Shown: in pieces, positions 38,438 to 51,704 of the stretch
How positions within the stretch are numbered: position 1 is the first letter of the stretch
Layout: the number at the start of each line of letters is the position of its first letter
Assembly: GCA_963741605.1 (NCBI GenBank)
Contig: CAVUII010000002.1
Coordinates: forward strand, 732,662-796,661
DNA length: 64,000 nucleotides
From: an uncultured Alphaproteobacteria bacterium
GTDB taxonomy: Bacteria; Pseudomonadota; Alphaproteobacteria; Sphingomonadales; Sphingomonadaceae
Direction of reading: 5' to 3'
Notes under the pieces: model-generated
The model's input: the letters and a program-made list of their open reading frames with translations, nothing else
Database searches by the model: none
What the model was told of the DNA's origin: nothing
Program-made: the position numbers and the translations under genes

Positions 38438-39251
38438 CCGGTGAACCATAGATATAATGCCCGAACTGCAAAAGCTGTTGACGGACGCTTATTTTCTAAG
38501 CGATTCAAGCATCGTTCGCCTGGATACTTGATCGCCGAAAATACCACCAGTAGTGACGGCGACCCAGCTTGACGCATTGCACTGATTTCAACACCGGCAT
38601 TCGGCATCGATGCCATCACCGATGTGGACGGCCCTGAAACTGCAGGTCGATATTCACTGATCGGAGTTTCAGACGCGACGGTGATGAACGTTTTACAATT
38701 GTCGCACCACTGCAATGAAGCGGATGACAGTACCAGTCTCAGAGCGGCGATTGACTTTTTCCAAAATGGCCAAATCCTCGAGCTAAACCAATTACTGAGC
38801 GAGTTGAACGATCAGTAAAACCGCGTGGGTCTGGGGCGATTTAAGATACGGCATGGCGGTTGAACGTGAGCGGCAGCGCAATATCAGTCGGCTAGCAGCT
38901 GTTTTTCATTTTATGCTGACTGCCGAGCAGATCGATTTTCGAAATGGATACCGTACAAAAAGGCGTACGACTATGCGTATTGGGGCTCGACGTGGCATCG
39001 CATGGAAATTTCAAATGGCCAAGTCGAACAAATTGTCATAGTAGCAGCATGATGCTGATTTCGTCCCAGCGGTGAAACTTCAGGCCCGCACGCGAAGAAT
39101 TGACGTTGTCGCTTGAGAACCGAATGCGCGATTATGATCCGCCATGCAAATTGCAGACTCTATGCAGTCGCTGCACGTTGATGGCCAGTTTGAAAATCGC
39201 CGCAAGACGAGACCAAGACCGTCCTTCACTACCGACGATTACACTAACGCT

Positions 39252-40499
39252 ATGCAAATCCCCGGCCATATTGATCCCGTCGTCACCCCGCGCGCTGTCA
39301 CCCCTCGTCCTGATGGGCGGATTGACCTGTTGGGGCTCAGCCATCTGCAAATCCGGCAGGCGTTTGAAGAATCGCAGCTGGATGAAAAGGCGGCAAAGCT
39401 GCGGTCGAAACAGGTGTTCCACTGGATTTACCACCGCGGCGTCACCGATTTTGCCCTGATGACCGACATTGCCAAAACCATGCGACCATGGCTTGCCGAC
39501 CGCTTTGTCATTGGCCGCCCCGAAGTGATTGAAGCGCAGGTTAGCACCGATGGCACGCGCAAATGGTTGCTGCGATCAGACGACGGGCAGGATTATGAAA
39601 TGGTCTTCATCCCCGATGCGGACCGGGGAACATTGTGTGTGTCCAGCCAGGTCGGCTGCACACTCAATTGCCGTTTCTGCCACACCGGCACCATGCGGCT
39701 GGTGCGCAACCTGACCCCCGGCGAAATCGTTGGCCAAGTCATGCTGGCGCGCGATGCCCTGGGCGAATGGCCAAAGGGCAATATGGCGGGCTTTGGTGCC
39801 GAAGACGCAGATGATGAGGACGACGACAGCGGCCATTACACATCCGACGGACGGATGCTGACCAACATCGTGATGATGGGCATGGGCGAGCCGCTGTATA
39901 ATTTCGACAATGTCCGCGACGCGTTGAAAATCGTGATGCACGGCGACGGTCTGGGCCTGTCGCGCCGCCGCATCACCTTGTCCACCAGCGGCGTGGTGCC
40001 GATGATGGAGCGCGCAGGCGTGGAAATCGGTGTCAATCTGGCGGTGTCGCTGCACGCAGTGACCAAGGAAATCCGTGACGAGATAGTGCCCTTAAACCGC
40101 AAATACGGCATTCACGAATTGCTAAAGGCATGTTCCGATTATCCCGGTGCCACCAATGCGCGGCGGATAACGTTCGAATATGTGATGTTGAAAGACAAAA
40201 ACGACAGCGACGAAGACGCGCGTGAACTGGTGTCGCTGATCAAACAATACAGCCTGCCGGCAAAGGTCAATCTGATCCCGTTCAACCCCTGGCCGGGCAG
40301 CGATTATGAATGCAGCACGCCTGCACGGATCAAGCGGTTTTCCGAAATCGTCTTCGAAAACGGCATCAGCGCCCCGGTGCGCACGCCGCGCGGCCGCGAC
40401 ATCATGGCAGCATGCGGGCAGTTAAAATCATCGAGCGAAAAGAAAAGCCGCGCGGAATTGGACCGACTGGCGGAGGAAAAACAGGCGGCGTTGGGGTGA
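39252..40499 (+). CDS. rlmN: 23S rRNA m2A2503 methyltransferase (start uncertain)
   Basis: [39 protein letters not shown]. Confidence 0.96.
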   Translation: MQIPGHIDPVVTPRAVTPRPDGRIDLLGLSHLQIRQAFEESQLDEKAAKLRSKQVFHWIYHRGVTDFALMTDIAKTMRPWLADRFVIGRPEVIEAQVSTDGTRKWLLRSDDGQDYEMVFIPDADRGTLCVSSQVGCTLNCRFCHTGTMRLVRNLTPGEIVGQVMLARDALGEWPKGNMAGFGAEDADDEDDDSGHYTSDGRMLTNIVMMGMGEPLYNFDNVRDALKIVMHGDGLGLSRRRITLSTSGVVPMMERAGVEIGVNLAVSLHAVTKEIRDEIVPLNRKYGIHELLKACSDYPGATNARRITFEYVMLKDKNDSDEDARELVSLIKQYSLPAKVNLIPFNPWPGSDYECSTPARIKRFSEIVFENGISAPVRTPRGRDIMAACGQLKSSSEKKSRAELDRLAEEKQAALG

Positions 40500-41104
40500 G
40501 CGGTTCGGAAGACCAGACACTTGCGTTCTACGAGAAAGACGCATCCACATATCTGAACGCCAGGCCCGATTTCGTCAGCCCGTTTTTGGATGGCTTTCTT
40601 GACCTGCTGCCTGCGGGTGCCACCATATTAGAGCTCGGGTGCGGCGGTGGAAGGGATGCGCTGCACATGATTGAACGCGGTTTTGATGTCGACCCCACCG
40701 ATGGTGCGGCGTCTATGGTCGAACACGCGGCATTCAATATCGGTCGTCCGGTTCGGCTAATGCGATATAGCGAATTGGACACGCATAACGCTTATGATGC
40801 GGTGGTAGCGATTAATGCGCTGCTGCATGTTCCGCGCAAAGAACTCACTGGAATCCTGATGCGCGTTTGGCACGCGCTAAAACCCGGCGGCTGGCATTTT
40901 GCGAATTATAAGGCCTGCGGTACCGAAGCATTCGACGATTTCGGTCGATACTATAACCATCTAACGCGCGCCGACGTTGAAATGTACTATCGCGCAGCAG
41001 GCAATTGGGAAACCCTCGCATTGGGTGAAACAATGAGTGCCGGACATTTGAACAAGGCGGCTCCTGTCATTACTATCACAGCAAAAAAGGCAAAATTTGC
41101 GTAA
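40496..41104 (+). CDS. Class I SAM-dependent methyltransferase
   Basis: [12 protein letters not shown]; GTGA overlap with rlmN. Confidence 0.88.
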   Translation: MSGSEDQTLAFYEKDASTYLNARPDFVSPFLDGFLDLLPAGATILELGCGGGRDALHMIERGFDVDPTDGAASMVEHAAFNIGRPVRLMRYSELDTHNAYDAVVAINALLHVPRKELTGILMRVWHALKPGGWHFANYKACGTEAFDDFGRYYNHLTRADVEMYYRAAGNWETLALGETMSAGHLNKAAPVITITAKKAKFA

Positions 41105-41112
41105 TTGCCGCC

Positions 41113-41508
41113 TCAAACCACCAGCACAAAATCCCCATAATCTGCCAGCGCGGCATCATGCGTCAGAAATATCATGCCTTCATGCTTGGCGGTCGCCAGC
41201 AGGAACCGGTCGAACGGATCGCCGTGAAGCGGGGGTAGACCATCGACCGCAGCGGCGTGAATCGGCTGGACAGGCATAGGTTCGATCATCGCCCGTTCCA
41301 TTGCACGCAAGAAGTCGCCACCAGACATTGGCATATCATCGGCGCGGCCCTTGCGAAGCGACCATTTGACAGCGACTTCCCATATTGAAATTGCGCTGAC
41401 GTCAATCGAAATCGCTTCCTCATCCATGATGTGCACGGCGCGTTTCGGCAAGCGCGGGCTCGCCGTCAGCCTCCACAGGATAATGTGCGTGTCAAGGAGT
41501 AGCCTCAA
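41113..41508 (-). CDS. PIN-domain (VapC-like) toxin
   Basis: LLLDTHIILW, SIWEVAVK, HGDPFDRFL. Confidence 0.93.
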   Translation of the reverse strand: MRLLLDTHIILWRLTASPRLPKRAVHIMDEEAISIDVSAISIWEVAVKWSLRKGRADDMPMSGGDFLRAMERAMIEPMPVQPIHAAAVDGLPPLHGDPFDRFLLATAKHEGMIFLTHDAALADYGDFVLVV

Positions 41509-41762
41509 TCCCCTCCCCCAACATTGGCGCGTCCAGCAAACAACGCCTCTATCTCCGGATTCAAGGCATCAATATCGTCAGGAATGACATATTTCCCCTT
41601 CTCCAAGCCCCATTTTATCTTGGGCTTTTTCACCAGCGGCACCAGCCGCGCCGCAGGCACGCCATTTTGCGCGATGATCACTTCGGCCTCCGCGCCAGAT
41701 TTAATGGCAGCTATCAACCGTGAAAGGTGGGTTTTGGCTTCATGGATGTTGACCGTTTGCAT
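41505..41762 (-). CDS. Phd/YefM-family antitoxin
   Basis: MQTVNIHEAKTHLSRLI...VIIAQNGVPAARLVP. Confidence 0.92.
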   Translation of the reverse strand: MQTVNIHEAKTHLSRLIAAIKSGAEAEVIIAQNGVPAARLVPLVKKPKIKWGLEKGKYVIPDDIDALNPEIEALFAGRANVGGGD

Positions 41763-41769
41763 GATGTAG

Positions 41770-41798
41770 AACTTAGTCCAACTTAGTCTATATGTCAA
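41770..41798 (-). promoter_or_regulatory. TA promoter with tandem operator repeats
   Basis: TTGACA-17-TAAGTT on the minus strand; AACTTAGTC at 41770-41778 and 41780-41788; ATG 7 nt after the -10. Confidence 0.6.
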
Positions 41799-41800
41799 TC

Positions 41801-41815
41801 GTTCCCATTTTGTTC
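41801..41815. promoter_or_regulatory. Alphaproteobacterial LexA (SOS) box
   Basis: GTTC-CCATTTT-GTTC is an exact GTTC-N7-GTTC. Confidence 0.7.
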
Positions 41816-41850
41816 TTGCAAAATAGGATTTGCTTTGCTTCATACTATTG

Positions 41851-42591
41851 ATGGAACAGAATCACACACATCTCGCCCCCGCCCCTATCCCTTATGAAGC
41901 TGCCGCGCAGGTGGTGGCGGCTTTTCCCCCTGCCCTTATGCGATCCCGCGCGGATGGGTGGACGGCGGCGCGGCAGCGCGGGTTTTGTGAGGCGCTGGCT
42001 GATTGCGGGTTGGTGCGAGAGGCAGCGGCGGCTGTCGGCCTGTCGGCGCAATCGGCCTATCGGTTGAAACGGCGGGCAGAGGGCAAGGGATTTTCGCTGG
42101 CGTGGGATGCGGCTTTGCTGCTCGCGCGGCAACGGTTGATCGACCTTGCCATCGAACGCGCAGTCGATGGCAATTGCGACGAATATTACAGGGATGGCGA
42201 ACTGGCGGGTGAACACCGCAAAAAGGACGTGCGCCATTTGCTCGCCGCGATTACCAAATTGGAAAATGCCCAAAGCGGCCATGTGATGGTGCACGCAGTC
42301 GCCGACGAATTCGACGCCTTCCTCGATTGCATGGAGGCCGAAGTGCAGGCGCAGGCGACGGCCCCCGATACCGCAGCCAAAAAAGGCAAAGGAAAGAAAG
42401 CCACGTCTCCACTGCAACAGTTTTTTGAGGATCGCGAAGGCGAAGCCGGAATGGATTGGCAGGAATGCGAGCAACTAATGGGCCAGCTGTCACGCCACCG
42501 GCAACTAGCGACGCACAAGATTGGCAGCGGAAAACCAAAGGCCGATGACGATGATTTATGGGGTGAAGGCCCGTTTGACTTTGGACTGTAA
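41851..42591 (+). CDS. Orphan HTH protein resembling phage/GTA terminase small subunits
   Basis: WTAARQRGFCEALA...AAAAVGLSAQSAYRLKRR...FSLAWDAAL...ERAVDG...RDGE pattern. Confidence 0.55.
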   Translation: MEQNHTHLAPAPIPYEAAAQVVAAFPPALMRSRADGWTAARQRGFCEALADCGLVREAAAAVGLSAQSAYRLKRRAEGKGFSLAWDAALLLARQRLIDLAIERAVDGNCDEYYRDGELAGEHRKKDVRHLLAAITKLENAQSGHVMVHAVADEFDAFLDCMEAEVQAQATAPDTAAKKGKGKKATSPLQQFFEDREGEAGMDWQECEQLMGQLSRHRQLATHKIGSGKPKADDDDLWGEGPFDFGL

Positions 42592-42886
42592 CCGGGCTGT
42601 CTGGGGGGATATTCGGATTAAAAGTGTCTGAAATTCAATAATAAATCACATAATTACAGTATGTTAATAATACTTGCGGACGCGGGAACCCGTGGCCGGG
42701 AGCCAATTTTTCGTTCAACATCGTTTGCACAAGCAAGACAAGCAATCCATGGATTCGCGCCTTCGCGGGTATGCCATTTTTGGACGTCCGTTATCGCAGG
42801 CAACGTACAACACCCCCCACCAGACACTGTAACCCTGTGTAACCTTTCGGCTTAAAATAGTCACATTTTCATAGGAACGACACGCA

Positions 42887-42928
42887 AACAAAAACCCCGC
42901 CGAAATCGCTTTCGGCGGGGTTTTTGTT
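42887..42928. terminator. Bidirectional terminator downstream of rpoC
   Basis: AACAAAAACCCCGCCGAAA-TCGC-TTTCGGCGGGGTTTTTGTT. Confidence 0.9.
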
Positions 42929-42946
42929 CATGTGGTGGACGAAGGA

Positions 42947-45900
42947 TTATGCTTCGTCGCCAGCGGGTTCCAGATCATCAGTGGTGAATTCTTCACCGAT
43001 CACTTTGCCCAATGGATCGTCGCCCATCGCAGCTTCGGGGCCTTGTGCCAGTTCCGCTGCATGCTCTTCCGCTGCCGTTTCCGGAGCGATCAGGCTTTCC
43101 TGCAGCTTCTTGTAACTGGCGCGCAAGGCCGCGTCACGGCTGCTGGCGGTTACGCGCATACGGTTCATGGCAGAGCCAGTACCCGCAGGAATCAGTCGAC
43201 CCACGATCACGTTTTCCTTCAGGCCGGTCAGAATGTCCTTCTTACCTTCAACCGCCGCCTGCGTCAGCACGCGAGTGGTTTCCTGGAAAGACGCCGCCGA
43301 GATGAATGAACGCGTTTGCAGCGATGCTTTGGTGATCCCCAAAAGAACCGGCTTACCAACCGCTGGCTTTTGGTTTGGAGCCAGCTTTGCGTTGATGGCA
43401 TCCATTTCTTCACGGTCAACCTGTTCGGCGGCCAGCAAAGTCGTATCGCCGCCATCGGTGATTTCAACCTTTTGCAGCATCTGGCGAACAATCGTTTCGA
43501 TGTGCTTATCGTTGATTTTCACGCCCTGCAGACGGTAAACTTCCTGAATTTCCGCAACCAGATATTCGGCCAATGCCTCTACACCCATCACTTCAAGGAT
43601 GTCGTGCAGATCAGGCGAACCCGCGATCAGGCTGTCGCCCTTGCGCACAAGATCGCCTTCCTGAACGTCAAGAACCTTGGACTTTGGAATCAGATATTCA
43701 ATCCGATCGCCTTCTTCCGGAACAATCGCAATTTTGCGCTTGGCCTTGTAATCACGGACGAATTCAATGCGGCCCGAAATCTTGGCGATGACCGCGCAAT
43801 CCTTTGGCTTACGCGCTTCGAACAGCTCGGCAACGCGCGGCAGACCACCGGTGATGTCGCGGGTCTTGGCGGATTCGCGGATCACACGAGCGAGAACATC
43901 GCCTGCCTGAACCTCTGCACCATCTTCAACCGACAACATCGTGCCAACAGCCAGCAGATACCGTGCCGCTTCGCCGCTTGTATCGTCAAGCAGGGTCAGG
44001 CGGGGACGCAAATCTTCTTTCTTGGCACGGGCGATACCACGGAATTCGGTAACGACGCGCTGGGCAATGCCTGTTGCTTCGTCGGTCTGTTCGATCAGCG
44101 TTTGCCCCTCGATCAGATCCTGGAATTTCACGATACCGGCTTTTTCGGTGATAACCGGCATGGTGAATGGATCCCATTCCGCCAGACGGTCGCCGATGCT
44201 TACCTTGTCGCCTTCAGCGTAATGCAAGGTCGCGCCAAATGGCAGACGGTGCACTTCCATCTCGCGACCTTCATGGCCGACGATCACCAGATCGCCGCTG
44301 CGCGCCATGGCGACACGGCGGCCGCGTTTGTCGACAATCGTCGGCAGATCGCGATAGTTGACGACACCATCAGCCGACGCATCAAGATTTGATGTTTCGT
44401 TCAACTGCGCCGCACCACCAATGTGGAAGGTACGCATGGTCAACTGGGTTCCGGGTTCACCGATGGACTGTGCGGCAATGACGCCGACAGCTTCACCGAT
44501 GTTAACCGGCGTACCCCGGGCCAGATCGCGGCCATAGCAGGTGCCGCAAACACCAACCTTGGATTCGCACACCAATGGGCTGCGGATCTTCAGGGCTTGC
44601 AGGCCGATTTCCTCAATCGCGGTGATTGCGGGTTCGTCCAGCAAGGTCCCCGTTGGGAACAGCACCTTGTTGTCTGCACCGATAATGTCCTCTGCCGTGG
44701 TACGGCCCAACACACGCTCACCGAGCGATGCGATGGTCGAGCCACCTTGGACGATCGAACGCATTTCCAGCGCCCGTTCGGTACCGCAGTCGATTTCGAC
44801 AATCGTGCAGTCCTGCGAAACGTCGACCAAACGACGGGTCAAATAACCCGAGTTTGCCGTTTTCAACGCGGTATCGGCCAGACCCTTACGGGCACCATGG
44901 GTCGAGTTGAAATATTCGAGAACCGTCAGACCTTCTTTAAAGTTCGAAATGATCGGGGTTTCGATGATTTCGCCCGAAGGTTTGGCCATCAGCCCGCGCA
45001 TTCCGCCCAGCTGCTTCATCTGCGCTGGCGAACCACGTGCGCCGGAGTGCGCCATCATGTAGATCGAGTTAATGGGCGCTTCGCGGCCATGTTCGTCCTT
45101 TGGTGTGGCTTTCAACTTGTCCATCATCGCGTTGGCAACACGATCACCACAGCCTGACCAGGCATCGATGACTTTGTTGTATTTTTCCTGCTGCGTGATC
45201 AGGCCGTCCTGATATTGCTGTTCGAAATCAGCAACAATCGCCTTGGTTTCGGCAACCAGACCATCCTTTTCTTCAGGGATGATCATGTCGTCTTTACCAA
45301 AGGAAATGCCCGCCTTGAACGCGTGGCGGAAACCAAGGCCCATGATCGCATCGGCGAACAAGACCGTGTCTTTCTGGCCGGTGTGGCGGTAAACCTGATC
45401 GATAACGTCGCCGATTTCCTTTTTGGTCAAAAGGCGGTTTACGGTTTCAAAAGGCACCTTGTGCGATTTAGGCAGGCATTCGCCCAACAGCATACGACCC
45501 GGCGTAGTTTCGAAACGCACCATGCGTTCCACACCATCTTCGCCGGTTTGCGGCACGCGGCTGGTGATTTTGGAGTGCAGCGTAACCGCACCCACTTCCA
45601 GCGCCTGATGCACTTCGGCCATATCCGAAATCAGCATGCCTTCGCCGGGTTCGCCTTCGCGGTCCATCGACAGATAATAAAGACCCAACACCATATCCTG
45701 CGAAGGAACGATGATCGGCTTACCATTGGCTGGCGACAGGATGTTGTTGGTTGACATCATCAATACGCGCGCTTCCAGCTGGGCTTCCAGCGAAAGCGGA
45801 ACGTGAACGGCCATTTGGTCACCGTCAAAGTCGGCGTTAAACGCAGCGCAGACCAATGGGTGAAGCTGAATGGCCTTCCCTTCGATCAGGACGGGTTCAA

Positions 45901-47212
45901 ATGCCTGGATGCCCAAACGGTGAAGCGTTGGCGCGCGGTTCAGCAGAACCGGATGCTCGCGGATCACCTCGTCGAGGATGTCCCAAACTTCCTTGCGTTC
46001 CTTTTCAACCCATTTCTTCGCCTGTTTCAGGGTCATCGAAAGACCCTTGGCATCGAGACGCGAATAGATGAACGGCTTGAACAGTTCGAGCGCCATTTTC
46101 TTGGGCAAACCGCACTGATGCAATTTCAATTCAGGGCCGGTCACGATGACCGAACGACCCGAATAATCGACGCGCTTACCGAGCAAGTTCTGACGGAAGC
46201 GGCCCTGCTTACCCTTCAGCATGTCGCTGAGTGATTTCAATGGACGCTTGTTCGCACCGGTGATGGTGCGACCGCGGCGACCGTTGTCGAACAGCGCGTC
46301 GACGGCTTCTTGCAGCATGCGCTTTTCGTTGCGAACGATGATGTCCGGTGCGCGCAGTTCGATCAAACGCTTCAAACGGTTGTTGCGGTTGATCACGCGG
46401 CGATACAGATCGTTCAAATCAGAGGTCGCAAACCGGCCACCATCCAATGGCACCAGCGGGCGCAGTTCGGGCGGAATGACGGGGATAACGTCCAGGATCA
46501 TCCATTCGGGGCGGTTGCCTGAATCGATGAAGCTTTCGACGACCTTCAAACGCTTGATGATCTTCTTGGGCTTCAGTTCCGACTTGGTTGTCGCCAGTTC
46601 TTCCAGCAAATCAGACCGCTCGGTTTCGAGGTCGAGGTCCATCAGCATCTGCTTGACGGCTTCAGCACCGATGCTGGCGGTGAAGGCGTCTTCGCCATAT
46701 TCATCCTGCGCAGTCAGCAGTTCGTCTTCGGTCAACAGCTGGAATTTTTCCAGTGCTGTCAGGCCGGGTTCGGTGACAATGTAATGTTCGAAATACAGCA
46801 CGCGCTCCAGCTGCTTCAACTGCATGTCGAGCAACAGGCCGATGCGCGAAGGCAGCGATTTCAGGAACCAGATATGCGCAACCGGCGCGGCCAGTTCGAT
46901 ATGGCCCATGCGTTCACGACGCACCTTGGTGACGGTAACTTCAACGCCGCATTTTTCGCAAACGACGCCCTTATACTTCATGCGCTTGTACTTGCCGCAC
47001 AGGCACTCATAATCCTTTACCGGACCAAAGATGCGCGCACAGAACAGGCCGTCGCGTTCGGGTTTGAAGGTACGATAGTTGATGGTTTCCGGCTTTTTGA
47101 TTTCGCCGAACGACCAACTGCGGATTTTTTCTGGGCTCGCGATGCCGATCTGGATTTGGTCGAAAGTTTCAACCTTGGCGATCGGATTGCTGAATTTGGA
47201 AAGTTCGTTCAT
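42947..47212 (-). CDS. rpoC: RNA polymerase beta' subunit
   Basis: [12 protein letters not shown] and the other conserved regions. Confidence 0.99.
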   Translation of the reverse strand: MNELSKFSNPIAKVETFDQIQIGIASPEKIRSWSFGEIKKPETINYRTFKPERDGLFCARIFGPVKDYECLCGKYKRMKYKGVVCEKCGVEVTVTKVRRERMGHIELAAPVAHIWFLKSLPSRIGLLLDMQLKQLERVLYFEHYIVTEPGLTALEKFQLLTEDELLTAQDEYGEDAFTASIGAEAVKQMLMDLDLETERSDLLEELATTKSELKPKKIIKRLKVVESFIDSGNRPEWMILDVIPVIPPELRPLVPLDGGRFATSDLNDLYRRVINRNNRLKRLIELRAPDIIVRNEKRMLQEAVDALFDNGRRGRTITGANKRPLKSLSDMLKGKQGRFRQNLLGKRVDYSGRSVIVTGPELKLHQCGLPKKMALELFKPFIYSRLDAKGLSMTLKQAKKWVEKERKEVWDILDEVIREHPVLLNRAPTLHRLGIQAFEPVLIEGKAIQLHPLVCAAFNADFDGDQMAVHVPLSLEAQLEARVLMMSTNNILSPANGKPIIVPSQDMVLGLYYLSMDREGEPGEGMLISDMAEVHQALEVGAVTLHSKITSRVPQTGEDGVERMVRFETTPGRMLLGECLPKSHKVPFETVNRLLTKKEIGDVIDQVYRHTGQKDTVLFADAIMGLGFRHAFKAGISFGKDDMIIPEEKDGLVAETKAIVADFEQQYQDGLITQQEKYNKVIDAWSGCGDRVANAMMDKLKATPKDEHGREAPINSIYMMAHSGARGSPAQMKQLGGMRGLMAKPSGEIIETPIISNFKEGLTVLEYFNSTHGARKGLADTALKTANSGYLTRRLVDVSQDCTIVEIDCGTERALEMRSIVQGGSTIASLGERVLGRTTAEDIIGADNKVLFPTGTLLDEPAITAIEEIGLQALKIRSPLVCESKVGVCGTCYGRDLARGTPVNIGEAVGVIAAQSIGEPGTQLTMRTFHIGGAAQLNETSNLDASADGVVNYRDLPTIVDKRGRRVAMARSGDLVIVGHEGREMEVHRLPFGATLHYAEGDKVSIGDRLAEWDPFTMPVITEKAGIVKFQDLIEGQTLIEQTDEATGIAQRVVTEFRGIARAKKEDLRPRLTLLDDTSGEAARYLLAVGTMLSVEDGAEVQAGDVLARVIRESAKTRDITGGLPRVAELFEARKPKDCAVIAKISGRIEFVRDYKAKRKIAIVPEEGDRIEYLIPKSKVLDVQEGDLVRKGDSLIAGSPDLHDILEVMGVEALAEYLVAEIQEVYRLQGVKINDKHIETIVRQMLQKVEITDGGDTTLLAAEQVDREEMDAINAKLAPNQKPAVGKPVLLGITKASLQTRSFISAASFQETTRVLTQAAVEGKKDILTGLKENVIVGRLIPAGTGSAMNRMRVTASSRDAALRASYKKLQESLIAPETAAEEHAAELAQGPEAAMGDDPLGKVIGEEFTTDDLEPAGDEA

Positions 47213-47294
47213 CTTCATTTCCTTGCGGGGTTATGCACCCCAAAAATTTCGGGTTAGCGGGTAGGTTGGGCGACGCTTCCGCCGCCCACTCTCC

Positions 47295-50200
47295 TTATTC
47301 CGCCGCCTCGGGCAGTTCGTCTTCGCCATCGTTGAGCGATTTCAGATCCACGTTCAGACCCAAAGAGCGCATTTCCTTGACCAACACGTTGAAGCTTTCA
47401 GGAATGCCCGCTTCGAAAGTATCGTCGCCCTTGACGATTGCTTCGTACACTTTGGTACGGCCAACCACGTCATCGGATTTCACCGTTAGCATTTCCTGCA
47501 AGGTATAGGCGGCACCATAAGCTTGTAGCGCCCAGACCTCCATTTCCCCGAAACGCTGACCACCGAACTGCGCCTTACCACCCAGCGGTTGCTGCGTGAC
47601 CAAGCTATAGGGTCCGATGGAACGGGCGTGAATCTTGTCATCAACCAAGTGATGCAGTTTCAACATGTAGATATAACCCACGGTCACCTTACGGTCGAAC
47701 TTGTCGCCGGTGCGGCCATCATACAGATCGCTTTGCCCTGACGTATCAAGACCCGCCTTGTTCAGCATGAACGACACATCAGCTTCGCGGGCACCATCGA
47801 ACACCGGCGTACCCATGGGGACGCCAAAGGTCAGATGTTCTGCCAAATCGATAATGTCACCATCCGAACGACGGGCGATTTCTTCGGCATAATTTTCGCC
47901 GTAAATGTCCGCAAGTCGATCCCGAATTGCCGCCGGAGGTGCACCCGCCTGCGCATTCGGATTGGCTTCACGCCATTCCTCAAGCCCGGCCTCTATCTGT
48001 TTGCCCAGGCCGCGCGCGGCCCAGCCCAGATGCGTTTCGAAAATCTGCCCGACGTTCATGCGGCTTGGAACGCCCAACGGGTTGAGCACGATGTCGACAT
48101 GGGTACCATCGGCAAGGAAAGGCATGTCTTCGCATGGCAGAATGCGCGAAATCACACCCTTGTTACCATGGCGGCCTGCCATTTTGTCGCCCGGCTGCAG
48201 CTTACGCTTCACAGCCACAAACACCTTGACCATTTTCAGCACGCCCGGAGCAAGCTCATCGCCACGCTCCAGCTTTTCACGACGGTCTTCGAACTTTTCG
48301 ACGATCAATTTGACGGCGTCGTCATATTGCACCTTCACGGCTTCGAGATCGCCCTGCACCTTGTCGTCTGCGACGGCGATTTTCCACCATTCATGGCGTT
48401 CGACTTCGGCCAGATTGTCTTCCGAAATCGTTTCGCCCTTTTTAATGCCTTTCGGACCAGCAGCAAAAACCTGCCCGATCAGCATGTCTTTCAGGCGGTT
48501 GTACGACGCACGGTTAAGGATCGAGCGTTCGTCTTCGCGGTCCTTTGCAAGACGTTCGATTTCTTCGCGCTCAATCGCCATAGCCCGTTCGTCTTTGTCG
48601 ATACCGTGGCGGTTGAACACGCGCACTTCGACGACCGTTCCGGAAACACCCGGCGGCAGACGCAGCGAAGTATCGCGAACGTCCGATGCCTTTTCACCGA
48701 AAATGGCGCGGAGCAATTTTTCTTCCGGTGTCATCGGCGATTCACCCTTGGGGGTGATTTTACCGACAAGGATGTCGCCCGGATGCACTTCGGCACCGAT
48801 GTACACAATCCCGGCTTCGTCAAGGCTGCGCAATGCTTCCTCGCCGACATTGGGAATATCCCGCGTGATGTCTTCAGGGCCAAGCTTGGTATCGCGAGCC
48901 ATAACTTCGAATTCATCGATGTGGATCGACGTAAACACGTCGTCCTTCACGATGCGTTCCGAAATCAGGATCGAATCTTCATAGTTGTAACCATTCCACG
49001 GCATAAACGCGACCAGGCTGTTTTTGCCCAGCGCCAGTTCGCCCAATTCGGTGGAGGGACCATCGGCGATGATGTCACCAGCTTCAATCGCATCACCCAC
49101 CTGAACCAATGGTTTCTGGTTGATGCAGGTATTCTGGTTCGACCGCTGGAATTTCTGCAGCGTGTAGATGTCCACACCCGATTGGCCGGGTTCGACTTCG
49201 CCGGTTACGCGGACAACGATACGGGTTGCATCCACCTGATCGACGATACCCGTGCGGCGAGCGCCGATGGCAGCGCCGGAATCACGCGCAACGGTTTCTT
49301 CCATGCCGGTGCCGACCAGCGGCGCTTCTGCACGCAGCAAAGGCACAGCCTGACGTTGCATGTTCGAACCCATGAGCGCGCGGTTGGCGTCATCGTTTTC
49401 CAGGAACGGGATCAGCGAAGCAGCAACCGAAACCAGCTGTTTGGGGCTGACGTCCATCAAAGTGATAATGTCGCGCGGCGCCATCAGGAATTCGCCTGCC
49501 TGACGGGCGGAGATCAGCTCTTCGACAAAGCTGCCGTCTTCGGTCAGCTCTGCGTTAGCCTGTGCAATGGTGTGCTTCTGCTCTTCCATCGCCGACAGAT
49601 AAACAACGTCGGCGGTCACTTTGCCGTCCACAATCTTGCGATAGGGGGTTTCGATGAAGCCATATTTGTTGACCCGGCTGAACGACGCCAGCGAGTTGAT
49701 CAGACCGATATTCGGTCCTTCAGGCGTTTCAATCGGACAGATACGGCCATAATGGGTCGGGTGAACGTCGCGAACTTCGAAACCAGCACGTTCGCGGGTC
49801 AAACCGCCAGGCCCAAGCGCAGAAACGCGACGCTTATGCGTCACTTCCGAAAGCGGATTGGTCTGATCCATAAACTGCGACAGCTGCGAGCTGCCAAAGA
49901 ATTCGCGGACAGCGGCTACCGCAGGCTTGGCGTTGATCAGATCGTTTGGCATCACGGTCGACACATCGACCGATGACATACGCTCTTTAACCGCACGCTC
50001 CATCCGCAACAGGCCGACGCGATACTGGTTTTCCAGCAATTCGCCCACCGAGCGAACACGGCGGTTGCCAAGGTTATCGATATCGTCGATTTCGCCCTTG
50101 CCATCCTTCAGGTTGACCAGTTCCTTGACCACGGCAAGAATATCTTCGTTGCGCAATGTGGTCAGCGTATCGGCGGCATCCAGTTGCAGACGCATGTTCA

Positions 50201-51446
50201 GCTTAACACGGCCCACCGCCGACAGATCGTAGCGGTCGGGATCAAAGAACAGGCCAGCGAACAGTGCCTCTGCGGTTTCGCGGGTTGGCGGTTCACCGGG
50301 GCGCATGACGCGATAGATCGCATCCAGACCCATGTCGCGGTTTTCAGCCTTATCAGCCTTCAGCGTGTTGCGCATCCAAGCGCCGGTGATGACATGATCG
50401 ATGTCGAGCAGCTCAAGGCTATCAACCCCAGCCTTGTCCAATGCTTCCAGATTTTCAGCGGTGATTTCGTCACCAGCTTCAACAAAGATCCGGCCAGTTT
50501 TGTCATCGACCAGATCGAATGCGGAATAACGGCCAAAGATTTCTTCGGTCGGGATCAGCAATTCGGTCAGGCCTTCTTTCACTGCCTTATTGGCGGCGCG
50601 CGGCGTGATTTTCTGCCCCGAAGGGAAGATCACTTCACCCGATTTGGCATCAACAATGTCAAAGGTTGGCTTTGACGCGCGCCATTGATCGGCATTGAAC
50701 GGAATTTTCCAGCCACCCTTTGCACGGGCAAAGGTCACTTTGTCATAGAAATGGTTCAGGATTTCTTCGTCATTCATGCCCAGCGAATAGAGCAAAGTCG
50801 TGACCGGCAATTTGCGCTTACGGTCGATACGGACGTTGACGATGTCCTTGGCGTCGAATTCAAAATCGAGCCACGAACCGCGATACGGAATGACGCGAGC
50901 GGCAAACAGGAACTTGCCCGACGAATGCGTTTTACCGCGGTCATGGTCGAACAGAACGCCCGGCGAACGGTGCATCTGCGAAACGATAACGCGCTCTGTG
51001 CCGTTCACGAAGAACGTGCCGTTGTGCGTCATCAGCGGCATGTCGCCCATGTAAACGTCTTGTTCTTTAATATCGAGAACCGAACGCGCTTCGGTTTCAG
51101 GATCAACTTCGAACACGATCAAACGCAACGTGACCTTCATCTGCGCCGCATAAGTAATCCCGCGCTGACGGCATTCTTCCACGTCATATTTGGGATCTTC
51201 GAGCTCGTAATGGACGAAATCCAGTTCCGATGTTCCGGCAAAATCGCGGATCGGGAAAACGCTGCGCAGCGTCTTTTCCAGACCGGAGACATAACCGATC
51301 GACGGGTCCGAGCGCAGGAACTGCTCATAAGACTCGCGCTGAACCTCGATCAGGTTCGGCATTTCGATCACTTCGTGAATGTCGCCAAAGATTTTGCGGA
51401 TACGCTTTTTACGGGAAAGCGCGTGGGAATGTGCTTGGTTCGCCAT
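47295..51446 (-). CDS. rpoB: RNA polymerase beta subunit
   Basis: [32 protein letters not shown]. Confidence 0.99.
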   Translation of the reverse strand: MANQAHSHALSRKKRIRKIFGDIHEVIEMPNLIEVQRESYEQFLRSDPSIGYVSGLEKTLRSVFPIRDFAGTSELDFVHYELEDPKYDVEECRQRGITYAAQMKVTLRLIVFEVDPETEARSVLDIKEQDVYMGDMPLMTHNGTFFVNGTERVIVSQMHRSPGVLFDHDRGKTHSSGKFLFAARVIPYRGSWLDFEFDAKDIVNVRIDRKRKLPVTTLLYSLGMNDEEILNHFYDKVTFARAKGGWKIPFNADQWRASKPTFDIVDAKSGEVIFPSGQKITPRAANKAVKEGLTELLIPTEEIFGRYSAFDLVDDKTGRIFVEAGDEITAENLEALDKAGVDSLELLDIDHVITGAWMRNTLKADKAENRDMGLDAIYRVMRPGEPPTRETAEALFAGLFFDPDRYDLSAVGRVKLNMRLQLDAADTLTTLRNEDILAVVKELVNLKDGKGEIDDIDNLGNRRVRSVGELLENQYRVGLLRMERAVKERMSSVDVSTVMPNDLINAKPAVAAVREFFGSSQLSQFMDQTNPLSEVTHKRRVSALGPGGLTRERAGFEVRDVHPTHYGRICPIETPEGPNIGLINSLASFSRVNKYGFIETPYRKIVDGKVTADVVYLSAMEEQKHTIAQANAELTEDGSFVEELISARQAGEFLMAPRDIITLMDVSPKQLVSVAASLIPFLENDDANRALMGSNMQRQAVPLLRAEAPLVGTGMEETVARDSGAAIGARRTGIVDQVDATRIVVRVTGEVEPGQSGVDIYTLQKFQRSNQNTCINQKPLVQVGDAIEAGDIIADGPSTELGELALGKNSLVAFMPWNGYNYEDSILISERIVKDDVFTSIHIDEFEVMARDTKLGPEDITRDIPNVGEEALRSLDEAGIVYIGAEVHPGDILVGKITPKGESPMTPEEKLLRAIFGEKASDVRDTSLRLPPGVSGTVVEVRVFNRHGIDKDERAMAIEREEIERLAKDREDERSILNRASYNRLKDMLIGQVFAAGPKGIKKGETISEDNLAEVERHEWWKIAVADDKVQGDLEAVKVQYDDAVKLIVEKFEDRREKLERGDELAPGVLKMVKVFVAVKRKLQPGDKMAGRHGNKGVISRILPCEDMPFLADGTHVDIVLNPLGVPSRMNVGQIFETHLGWAARGLGKQIEAGLEEWREANPNAQAGAPPAAIRDRLADIYGENYAEEIARRSDGDIIDLAEHLTFGVPMGTPVFDGAREADVSFMLNKAGLDTSGQSDLYDGRTGDKFDRKVTVGYIYMLKLHHLVDDKIHARSIGPYSLVTQQPLGGKAQFGGQRFGEMEVWALQAYGAAYTLQEMLTVKSDDVVGRTKVYEAIVKGDDTFEAGIPESFNVLVKEMRSLGLNVDLKSLNDGEDELPEAAE

Positions 51447-51704
51447 GTGAATGCTCAGCCTTGCTAATCAAAAGGTCAAAAAATGCGAGCGCGGATTATT
51501 TCGACAACGAAAAGGCCGCATAGCACCACCCCGATGAGTCGGAGAAAGCCAGCAGCCTATCGCGTCGAAAAAGCCAATTTTTTCTATTCGTTAGGGCAAT
51601 GCGCGTTCATGCCCCGGTCCCGAAAAAAACAGCTGTTAGAAAGGTCTATAGGATTGGTAGGCGCCTTGGTCAAGCCGGGAGGGCCGCCAAAGCCTTGGCA
51701 AGTG

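Noticed and set aside
38404-38715. 103-aa minus-strand ORF as a toxin partner of the 38362 hairpin
   Set aside because: No recognisable catalytic motif, and the plus strand reads more like protein
47835-49976. 713-aa and other long ORFs antisense to rpoB and rpoC
   Set aside because: Shadow frames of highly biased genes; no RBS or recognisable motifs
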